This document shows, piece by piece, positions 18,401 to 25,680 of a stretch of 64,000 bases of DNA. This DNA comes from Candidatus Parcubacteria bacterium (GTDB taxonomy: Bacteria > Patescibacteriota > Minisyncoccia > Minisyncoccales > JAGLUP01). The translations under genes and the position numbers were made by a program. Location of the stretch: contig JAGLUP010000002.1 in the NCBI GenBank assembly GCA_023134715.1, forward strand, positions 79,906 to 143,905, read 5' to 3'. Numbering within the stretch: position 1 is the first letter of the stretch; each line of letters opens with the position of its first letter. The notes beneath the pieces are model-generated. The model was not told the DNA's origin and did not search any database. It saw only the letters and a program-made list of their open reading frames with translations.

Positions 18401-19308
18401 GTTCCGGCTACGATTAAAGAGCCCCTGCCTGTCGCTTGTCCATCTCTTATTCTTCCGCCGGTGCCTGTTTCAGCTCCGGGAAAAGGCGCCACGCCTGAAG
18501 GGAAATTATGGGTTTCTGCCGTAAAAGTGATGTCATAATTTAGCTTTTCTTTTTTGAAACCAGACGACTTCCCCGGAATTTTAGGAATAATAGTTATAAT
18601 TTCATTTCCCTTAATAGCGCTTGAATTATCTTTAAAAGCGATAATACTATTTTCCTTATTCGCTTTAATGGGAGCGCGCACTATGTCAAATAACGTTTCA
18701 GGCATTTCCTTTTTATCTATAATCAGCTTGCCGTTAAAAAACCAATGCCGGGAATGTTCGCTGTTTGCTTGTCCAAGCTGAAAACATTCAACATTGGTCG
18801 GGTTTCTTTTTAAATCTTTTGTAAATAAATCATAATAAAATTTTTCATCCCATTCGTCCATCCCTAAACCCATTTCTTTGTTAATCTTTTTAATCGCGGA
18901 AATGCCGTCTTTTAGCAAAGGTATTGTGTGAACTTGCTCTGGCTTAAGAGCTGTTTTAAAACTTTCAAGAGGTTTCGGATAATGGCACTCGGTCATTCTG
19001 TCATGTTCGCAAGAGGTTGCGTATCTTCTGGATTTTTCAATCCTCAAAACATTTTTTAATCCTGCGGCGCGGCAAATAGAAACAGCATTGGTTGAGAATG
19101 CTGTCGCAAAATTTAGACGCGGACCTATTTCAATTATCTTTTTATTTTCAATGTCAAAAAACGATTTGGTTTTTATGCTGTCTGCCAAAAATCCATCCGC
19201 TAAAATTTGTTTTAAAATAAGCTCCTGGCTCTGCGTAAGCTTTTCTGAAACTTCAACATTAAAACAATATTCTAATTCGTCTGAAATTTTATGATAAAAA
19301 TGATACAT
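15487..19308 (-). CDS. purL: phosphoribosylformylglycinamidine synthase, single-chain large form
   Basis: 1273 aa. FGAM synthase motifs (ETHNFPSGVAPFPGAETGTGGRIRD) and a C-terminal glutamine amidotransferase domain (GVCNGCQ, MMPHPER). Confidence 0.95.
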   Translation of the reverse strand: MYHFYHKISDELEYCFNVEVSEKLTQSQELILKQILADGFLADSIKTKSFFDIENKKIIEIGPRLNFATAFSTNAVSICRAAGLKNVLRIEKSRRYATSCEHDRMTECHYPKPLESFKTALKPEQVHTIPLLKDGISAIKKINKEMGLGMDEWDEKFYYDLFTKDLKRNPTNVECFQLGQANSEHSRHWFFNGKLIIDKKEMPETLFDIVRAPIKANKENSIIAFKDNSSAIKGNEIITIIPKIPGKSSGFKKEKLNYDITFTAETHNFPSGVAPFPGAETGTGGRIRDGQATGRGSLIVAGTAGYCVGNLNIPGYDLPWEDKNFIYPDNLASPLNIEIQASNGASDYGNKFGEPLIQGFTRSFGMKLPNKERREWLKPIMFTGGVGQINECHREKQPAEKGMLIIQIGGPAYRIGMGGSAASSMIQGENLAELDFNAVQRGDAEMEQKMNRVVRACVELGANNPIISIHDQGAGGPCNVLTELVEPVGGRIEIRNINIGDETLSVLEIWGAEYQERNGLLIKPSRIQEFAQMCKRERVKYEQLGEITEDGRIIVRDRKDNSFPVNLELSKILGKMPQKTFKDQTQTLNLESLKLLEKLNFKQALENVLRLVSVGSKRFLTSKVDRSVTGLIARQQCCGPLQLTVSDVAVIAQSHFHNTGAAIAIGEQPIKILVNPKAGARMSVGEALTNIVWAKIEKLDNIKCSANWMLAAKLPGEGANLYYAADAMRKIMIDLGIAVDGGKDSLSMAAKVSDEIVKSPIELTISAYADVPDINKVITPDIKRPGKSALWLIDIGNNKNRLGGSALAHSLGQIGNESPDVDDSDVLKKSFYAIQQMIDEKIILSGHDRSDGGLITTILEMAFSGNCGAALSVKLSSDNILPYYFNEELGLVVEVDLALQEKFTEIIKKYNLENITCLIGQTTINQKIKIVSEDNVILDESMLELRQVWEETSHQLNKLQTKENQAMEEKKNIYERKNPEYKIAFTPEQTPQEILEKTEKIKIAIIREEGSNGDREMTSAFYMAGFEPWDVAMLDLLNDKINLDDFRGIAFVGGFSYADVLGSAKGWASAIRFNDKLRDIFAAFHNRKNTFSLGVCNGCQLMGLLGWVPAKFVKNHSERFESRWTTVKISQSPAIMLKDMQDSVLGVWIAHGEGRLLFPDNQLLENAIAQKLTPISYVDDNGDSTEKYPFNPNGSAQGITALCSEDGRHLAMMPHPERTFLKWQWPWMPERIHPVKSSRKPGGAEQFHGVKKELQASPWLKMFQNARKWCDQN
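15561..15612. repeat. GC-rich nested palindrome inside the purL coding sequence
   Basis: CCCCGTGAAA...TTTCACAGGG (9/10 bp) enclosing CCTCCCG-gttta-CGGGAGG; encodes HPVKSSRKPGGAEQFHG. Confidence 0.7.
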
Positions 19309-20317
19309 ACTTATTACCTTTAATTACTTCTCCTATGAGAATCGCTTCCTTTATGTCATCGCTTGAAATAACCATTAAGCCGATACCGCAATTAAATGTT
19401 TTTAACATTTCCTGAATGGAAATATTTCCTTTTTCTTGAATATATTTAAATATCGGATTAACAGGCCACGAACCGAGCTTGATATTTATAGCGCAGCCTT
19501 CCGGCAATACGCGGGGAGGGTTTTCAATAATGCCGCCGCCAGTTATATGTACCATTCCGGCAATTTCATACTTTGAAAGCAAAGATTTAATTTGCTTAAC
19601 ATATATAGTAGTCGGCTCAAGCAGTTCTTGTCCCAAGGTTTTTCCCAAGAAAGAATGTTCTTCATCAAGTATTTTCCTTGCTTTCTCAGGGTCGTTAATA
19701 TCTATGCCAAATACTTTTCTAACCAAGCTATAGCCGTTGGAATGAACTCCGGAAGAGGGGAGTCCAAACACTTTCATTCCCGGCTTGATGTTTTTTCCTA
19801 AAATAAGAGCTTGTTTTGAATCCGCAAATCCAACCGCGAATCCAGCAAGGTCGTAATCATTGTCTTTGTACATTCCCGGCATTTCAGCCATTTCGCCGCC
19901 GAGAAGGGCTGTTTCAGCTCTTTCGCAGCCCTCTATGATGCCATTTACTATTAATGACGTTCTTTCAGGGATTTGTCTGCCCATAGCGATATAATCTAAA
20001 AAAATAGCAGGCGTTATCCCTGCTACAATAAGGTCGTTGACGCACATCGCGACCAAATCAATGCCTACTGTATCGTGTTTCTCCATAATAATAGAGAGCA
20101 TAAGCTTTGTGCCGACTCCGTCTGTGCTTGTTCCCATAACTCTTTTGTCAGGAAGCTCAACCACACCGCTAAATCCGCCTATTCCGGAAAGGATTTTTCC
20201 ATTATAATGTCTGAAGGTTTTTTGAGCTCTGTCTTTTATAAGCTCAACCGCTTTATTTCCCGCTTCTATGTCCACTCCACTATCGGAATAAGTTGTTTGT
20301 TTTTTGTTGTTAGCCAT
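19289..20317 (-). CDS. purM: phosphoribosylformylglycinamidine cyclo-ligase (AIR synthetase)
   Basis: YSDSGVDIEAGN, GIGGFSG, DGVGTK motifs; overlaps the purL start by 20 nt. Confidence 0.9.
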   Translation of the reverse strand: MANNKKQTTYSDSGVDIEAGNKAVELIKDRAQKTFRHYNGKILSGIGGFSGVVELPDKRVMGTSTDGVGTKLMLSIIMEKHDTVGIDLVAMCVNDLIVAGITPAIFLDYIAMGRQIPERTSLIVNGIIEGCERAETALLGGEMAEMPGMYKDNDYDLAGFAVGFADSKQALILGKNIKPGMKVFGLPSSGVHSNGYSLVRKVFGIDINDPEKARKILDEEHSFLGKTLGQELLEPTTIYVKQIKSLLSKYEIAGMVHITGGGIIENPPRVLPEGCAINIKLGSWPVNPIFKYIQEKGNISIQEMLKTFNCGIGLMVISSDDIKEAILIGEVIKGNKYVSFLS

Positions 20318-20419
20318 ATATTTATTTTTTCTATGTATTTATTTTAACAAAATAAAGCAGTTTATCAAAATCTGCTTCTCAAACTGGCAAAAAACCTTGT
20401 TTTTTGATATAATAAAATA

Positions 20420-21024
20420 ATGATTAATGAAAATTTCGTTATATTGGGAGTAGTTATCGGTTTTATCGGGAGTTTGAGTTACCTTCTTTCCACGATTAAG
20501 GGCAAGACAAAGCCAAATAGAGTTACCTGGTTTTTGTGGGCAATTGCGCCTCTTATTGCGTTTGCTGCTGAAATTAAAGAAGGAGTTGGCATTCAATCAT
20601 TGATGACTTTTAGTGTCGGTTTTGGCCCCCTTCTTATTTTTTGGCATCTTTCGTAAATAAAAAATCAGTATGGAAATTAAGAAGATTCGATTTTATCTGC
20701 GGCGCTTTAGCCTTGTTTGGCCTTTTATCTTGGTATATAACAAAAAACGGAAATTTTGCCATCTTCTTTTGTATTCTCGCCGATGTAGCGGCAGCGGCTC
20801 CAACGCTTCTGAAATCATATCATTTTCCAGAGACTGAAAATTACCATGTATATCTGGCAGCCGCAATAAATGCGGCAATTACACTTCTAACTATTAATAC
20901 CTGGAATTTTGCCCACTTCGGTTTTCCTTTATATATTTTAACTCTTTGCACCGCTCTCGTTCTTCTTATCAAGTTCCGAATGGGTAAAAATATTGCTAGC
21001 CCTTTTAATCGCGCTAAACCTTAA
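20420..21024 (+). pseudogene. multi-pass membrane protein split by a frameshift in a T6 run
   Basis: ORFs 20420..20656 and 20641..21024 overlap at tttttt (20637-42). One extra T would give a continuous ~205-aa ORF (..LLIFLASFVNKK..). Confidence 0.55.
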
Positions 21025-21040
21025 AATGAGACACTAAAAG

Positions 21041-21065
21041 ATGTTTAATCCCGCGGATTAAACAT
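21041..21065. terminator. perfect 11-bp hairpin after the membrane gene
   Basis: ATGTTTAATCC-cgc-GGATTAAACAT; no T-run. Confidence 0.35.
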
Positions 21066-21175
21066 TATATGATATTGGAAATTCTGTTGTAGTTTGTTAT
21101 TATAATAATAGAAGTATTAACTAAAATTGCAAAAATATTAGCCACTGATGCTTATAAGTTGATAAAAAAACAGCT

Positions 21176-21958
21176 ATGCCAATTTTTAATGATTTAAATT
21201 TAAATAATTGGAAAGAATCAGAAGTTTGGACCGACAGTCTTTGGATTATTCCCGAAAGAGATAAAACCGGAAAACATAGTGGTTTTTATCACGGCAATTT
21301 TATCCCGCAAATACCGCGCCAATTTATTTTGAGATATACAAAGAAAAACGAAATTGTTTTTGATCCATTTTTGGGAAGCGGCACAACTGTTTATGAAGCA
21401 GAAAATTTGAACAGAAATTTTATCGGCATAGATATTCAAAAAAAACTTATTGATCATGTGGGTAAAAATATTGAACCAAAAAATAATTTTTCTGATTTAA
21501 TTATTGGCGACAGTACAAAAACTGAAACCCTTGAAAAGGTAAAAGAATATTTAAAAAATCATAAAAAGAAAAATGTTCAATTGGCAATTTTGCATCCGCC
21601 TTATGCTAATATAATTAAATTTAGCGATTTAAAAGATGATTTATCAAACGCTAAATCGCTGAAAGATTTTTTAGAAAAATTTTCGCTTGTAGTTAAAAAT
21701 ACGGCAGACATTCTTGAAAAAGGACGTTATTTAGTAATTGTTATTGGTGATAAATATACGGCTGGACAATGGATACCTTTAGGGTTTTATTGTCTGAATG
21801 AAGCTCAAAAATTAGGGTTAATCTTGAAAAGTATTATAATTAAGAATATGGCGGGTAATCGCGCTAAACAAAACAAGGAAAGTATTTGGCGCTATCGGGC
21901 GTTATCAAGCGATTATTATATTTTTAAGCATGAGTATATCTTAGTTTTTAAAAATTAA
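21176..21958 (+). CDS. DNA methyltransferase (N4/N6 family) with permuted motif order
   Basis: HGNFIPQIPRQFI..VFDPFLGSGTT (normally C-terminal in beta-class enzymes) precedes ILHPPYANI and HEYILVFKN. Confidence 0.75.
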   Translation: MPIFNDLNLNNWKESEVWTDSLWIIPERDKTGKHSGFYHGNFIPQIPRQFILRYTKKNEIVFDPFLGSGTTVYEAENLNRNFIGIDIQKKLIDHVGKNIEPKNNFSDLIIGDSTKTETLEKVKEYLKNHKKKNVQLAILHPPYANIIKFSDLKDDLSNAKSLKDFLEKFSLVVKNTADILEKGRYLVIVIGDKYTAGQWIPLGFYCLNEAQKLGLILKSIIIKNMAGNRAKQNKESIWRYRALSSDYYIFKHEYILVFKN

Positions 21959-21962
21959 AATT

Positions 21963-22637
21963 ATGACAAAGAGAAATCCATTCAAAGAAAAAACAACGAG
22001 TTATGAAGATTTTAAAACGATGAGTGATTTAAAATGGCATTGCGTTAAATGTCAATTAAAATCTGGTCAAGCAAAAACTTGGCAAGTTTGGCGGCAAAGC
22101 GGTATTCAGTTAGACACAGATGAAAAAGGTAATTTTTATAAAACTATTTTTTGCGCAAAATGTAAAAATAAAACAGTTCACAGAAAGTTAAAATCATTAA
22201 AAATTTTAGAAGACACGAAAATAAGATCTGGATTACCTCAAAAATTAGCTAAAAAAATCAAAGAAGTTTTAAAATTTCAAGAAGCATTATTTTTAAGAAA
22301 AATGATACCGAGAGAATTGGAAATAGATCATAAATTTCCGCAAGTAAGGTGGAATAAAAATGAAGACGAAAATAAATCAGATATGCCAGAAAAAGAAATT
22401 AAGGATAAATTTATTCTTTTAACAAGAAGCAATAATCTTTTAAAATCTAGATATTGTGAAAAATGTTATAGAACTGCTAAAAGGGGAAATTTTCCGGGAA
22501 TTTATTTTTGGTTTAAAGGAGATGAAAAATGGGACAAAAAAATTGACAAGCATGACAAAAAAGGATGCGAAGGTTGTTTTTGGTTTAATCCTTACAAGTG
22601 GAGAGAGGAGTTAAATAAAATTGTAAAGAATAAGTAG
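21963..22637 (+). CDS. HNH (beta-beta-alpha-Me) nuclease, candidate restriction endonuclease
   Basis: ELEIDHKFP...RSNNLLKS plus Cys pairs CVKC/CAKC and CEKC/CEGC; 5 nt after the methylase. Confidence 0.55.
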   Translation: MTKRNPFKEKTTSYEDFKTMSDLKWHCVKCQLKSGQAKTWQVWRQSGIQLDTDEKGNFYKTIFCAKCKNKTVHRKLKSLKILEDTKIRSGLPQKLAKKIKEVLKFQEALFLRKMIPRELEIDHKFPQVRWNKNEDENKSDMPEKEIKDKFILLTRSNNLLKSRYCEKCYRTAKRGNFPGIYFWFKGDEKWDKKIDKHDKKGCEGCFWFNPYKWREELNKIVKNK

Positions 22638-22682
22638 TTAATAAAAAGCTTGTATAAAGTTAATTTCTATGATAAAATAAGC

Positions 22683-22898
22683 ATGAAGATAAATAGATTT
22701 AAAATTAAAGAACTTATGGCCAAAAAGAAAATTGACAATTTTTCTGAACTTGCTCGCATGCTTGGTATTTCCAAAAACCAGCTTTCAAATATTTTATCAG
22801 AAAAATATAATCCAATAAAAAGCAATGTCATTGAATTGGCTGAGTTTTTTGATGTTAACCCTGTTGATTTATTAGAGGAGGATAAAAAAGATAAATAA
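22683..22898 (+). CDS. XRE-family HTH regulator (controller-like)
   Basis: FSELARMLGISKNQLSNILS..NVIELAEFFDVNPVDLL; ATG 22683 preferred over TTG 22650. Confidence 0.75.
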   Translation: MKINRFKIKELMAKKKIDNFSELARMLGISKNQLSNILSEKYNPIKSNVIELAEFFDVNPVDLLEEDKKDK

Positions 22899-22921
22899 TA
22901 TTCAATTTTTAATTATAATTT

Positions 22922-24610
22922 ATGAAAAACAGCACACCGCAAAAGTCTGCTATAAATTCAAAAATAGAAGACTTAATCCAAGATAAATATACTTATTTGA
23001 ATGAAAGGTTAAGAAGGGGAATGGCTTTTGTTGACTTAGCAACATCCATTATTTGTGATTATGCCACCCAAAGTGAAGACATCACAGATGGCAATGACGA
23101 TAAGGGTATTGATTCAATTTTTATAGTATCTAATGAACAGGGGAAATTCATTAATATATTTAATTGCAAATCATCAGAATCAGATGATTTTTCCGAAAAA
23201 GATTTAAGTGATTTTAAGGAAGGTCTACAATATTTATTCGAAAAAAACAAAGAAGAGTATATTGAATTAGAAAATAAAAATTTACTAACCAAAATAGAAA
23301 ATATTAGGGAAGATAAAGAAAGCATACAAGAAGTTAATTGTTTTTATTGTGTTTTTCAGGGAGATGATAAAACAGATAAAAAAATAGTCAGAAAAATAAA
23401 AGAAGTAGAAAATTACTTTGTTGCTTATTTTAAATCAATTTACCCTTATTCTCAATTTTCATTAAAATTAATTTCTTCGGAAGATTTGTATTCAATTGAT
23501 ATAAAAAGAAAGCAGAATTTAAAAGATGAAACTATTGAATTAGCTTATTTTGGTGATAAAACTATATCCAGTGAAATAGAAATTGAAAAAATAAAAGGGC
23601 GCTTAGCAACTGCGAGAGGTCAAGATATCGCAAATTTAGTGAAAAAATATGGCGACGCATTATTTGAAAAAAATGTAAGAGGTTGGATGAGTTTTAGAAA
23701 ATATAATAAAGATATTTTAGAATCATGCTCTTCTGAAGACGATTCAGAATTATTTTGGTTTTTAAATAATGGTTTAACTATCGTTTGTGAGTCATGCATC
23801 CCAGATCCCGATAAAAAAATGCTAAAAATCAAAAATCTGCAAATAATAAATGGGCAACAAACATCAATAGTATTAGAAAAAGCTTCTAATAACAATAAAT
23901 TAAAAAGAGCAACTAAGATATTGCTAAAAATTTATGAAACAACTGACTCAGAAATAATAATAAAAGTTGCCAAAGCAACCAACAGTCAATTAGTAGTTAA
24001 ATCAAGAGATTTGGTTTCAAATAATTCTGAACAAATTGCCTTGCAAAATGAATTTTTAAGAAAATCATATTTTTATGAAAGACAGAGAGGCGAAAAAAAA
24101 CCTTCAAAAAAGAAAAACGTCAAAATATTTTTTAATAATTTTTTCGTAGCTCAATCTGTTTTGGCTACTGTAATTGCAAAACCTAGTTTAGCAAAAAAGA
24201 AACAAGAAGATAAAATATTCGGGGAGCCGATCTATTCAAAAATATTTAAAAAAAGAAGCTCTATCGAAATATTAGCCGCTACATTATTATGCGATTTTTG
24301 TTTTAAAAAAGGAACAAAAATAGAAAGAAAAAATGAAATAGATGAAATTAAATATTTTGCATATTTTCACATTGCTAGAATTATTTGGTTTTATGTTAAG
24401 AGTGAAAAAAATGCATTAGATAATAAAGAGATTATAAAAAGTATTGAAAATAATGAAACAAAAATAATAGAGGTAATGTATAAAAAATCAGTAATAGTAT
24501 TAAAAAAAATATTTGACGAATATAATAAAAAGGAGAAAATTTTTAGTATCGGGCATCTTTTCTCTAGATTAGATATTGAGAATGATATTAATAAAAAAAT
24601 AAATCCATGA
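22922..24610 (+). CDS. AIPR (abortive-infection phage resistance) family protein
   Basis: N-terminal ITDGNDDKGIDSIFIV...NCK and C-terminal WFLNNGLTIVCES...LQIINGQQTS, both typical of AIPR proteins. Confidence 0.8.
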   Translation: MKNSTPQKSAINSKIEDLIQDKYTYLNERLRRGMAFVDLATSIICDYATQSEDITDGNDDKGIDSIFIVSNEQGKFINIFNCKSSESDDFSEKDLSDFKEGLQYLFEKNKEEYIELENKNLLTKIENIREDKESIQEVNCFYCVFQGDDKTDKKIVRKIKEVENYFVAYFKSIYPYSQFSLKLISSEDLYSIDIKRKQNLKDETIELAYFGDKTISSEIEIEKIKGRLATARGQDIANLVKKYGDALFEKNVRGWMSFRKYNKDILESCSSEDDSELFWFLNNGLTIVCESCIPDPDKKMLKIKNLQIINGQQTSIVLEKASNNNKLKRATKILLKIYETTDSEIIIKVAKATNSQLVVKSRDLVSNNSEQIALQNEFLRKSYFYERQRGEKKPSKKKNVKIFFNNFFVAQSVLATVIAKPSLAKKKQEDKIFGEPIYSKIFKKRSSIEILAATLLCDFCFKKGTKIERKNEIDEIKYFAYFHIARIIWFYVKSEKNALDNKEIIKSIENNETKIIEVMYKKSVIVLKKIFDEYNKKEKIFSIGHLFSRLDIENDINKKINP

Positions 24611-25680
24611 ATTACATCGGCTCAAAATTATCGTTATTGGAATTTTTAGAAAATTCAATTGATAAAGTAGTTGATAAAGACTGCCGTGTTTTTTGTGATT
24701 TGTTTGCGGGAACTGGAATTGTTGGAAGTTATTTTAAGAAAAAGGGCTATAAAATAATAGCAAATGATATTCAATATTATAGTTATGTTTTAAATAGACA
24801 TTATATTGGCAACCATAAAGAATTAACTTTTTCTAAATTATCAAAAGAAATTTCAAAATTGAAAAAAATTAAAACAAAAGATCGGAAAGATTTTGTTTGC
24901 GGCTATTTGTCAAATTTGAAAGGTAAAAAAGGATTTGTCTATAAAAATTATTGTCTTGGTGGAACTAAAAATAAGAAAATACAAAGGCAATATTTCTTAG
25001 ACGCAAACGGAATGAGATGCGATGCGATAAGGCAAAAAATTGAAGAATGGAAAAAAGAAAAATTGATAAATAATAATGAATATTATTTTTTACTGGCAAG
25101 TTTAATTAAATCAATTGATAAATACGCGAATACCGCTTCTGTCTATGGCGCTTTTTTAAAAAAATTAAAAAAGTCCGCGCAGAAAAATTTAATCTTACAG
25201 CCAGCTGAATTAACTATTAATGATCAAGAACATAAAGTTTATAATAAAGATATAAATATTTTAACCAAAAAAATAAAAGGCGATATTCTATATTTAGATC
25301 CGCCTTATAATCATCGCCAATATGCAACGAATTATCATGTATTAGAAACAATTGCCAAATATGACAATCCAAAAATTTATGGAAAAACAGGTTTGCGAGA
25401 TTATCAAAATCAGAAATCGCTTTATTGCTCAAGATCGCAAGTGAAAAAAGCTTTTAAGGATTTAGTTTTGAAAGCAAAAACAAAATATATTTTTTTGAGC
25501 TACAATAATGAGGGGTTAATGACTTTGAAAGATATTAAAGCAATAATGAGCTTGCGGGGTAAATATGGTTATTTTACAAAAAAATATAACCGTTTTAAGG
25601 CGGACAAATCGGAGAATAGGAGTTTTAAAGCAAATAAAACTGTTGAATATTTACATTATGTAATTTGTAAAAATATATGA
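24607..25680 (+). CDS. N6-adenine DNA methyltransferase (FokI/NlaIII-like Dam family)
   Basis: MNYIGSKLSLL, DLFAGTGIVG, ILYLDPPYNHRQYATNYHVLE; ATGA overlaps at both ends. Confidence 0.85.
   Translation: MNYIGSKLSLLEFLENSIDKVVDKDCRVFCDLFAGTGIVGSYFKKKGYKIIANDIQYYSYVLNRHYIGNHKELTFSKLSKEISKLKKIKTKDRKDFVCGYLSNLKGKKGFVYKNYCLGGTKNKKIQRQYFLDANGMRCDAIRQKIEEWKKEKLINNNEYYFLLASLIKSIDKYANTASVYGAFLKKLKKSAQKNLILQPAELTINDQEHKVYNKDINILTKKIKGDILYLDPPYNHRQYATNYHVLETIAKYDNPKIYGKTGLRDYQNQKSLYCSRSQVKKAFKDLVLKAKTKYIFLSYNNEGLMTLKDIKAIMSLRGKYGYFTKKYNRFKADKSENRSFKANKTVEYLHYVICKNI

Noticed and set aside
17504-19294. Antisense ORFs nested in purL (17504..17716, 18554..18781, 19088..19294), and similar ones inside other long genes
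   Set aside because: They lie entirely within strongly supported genes on the opposite strand, have low-complexity composition and show no translation signals.
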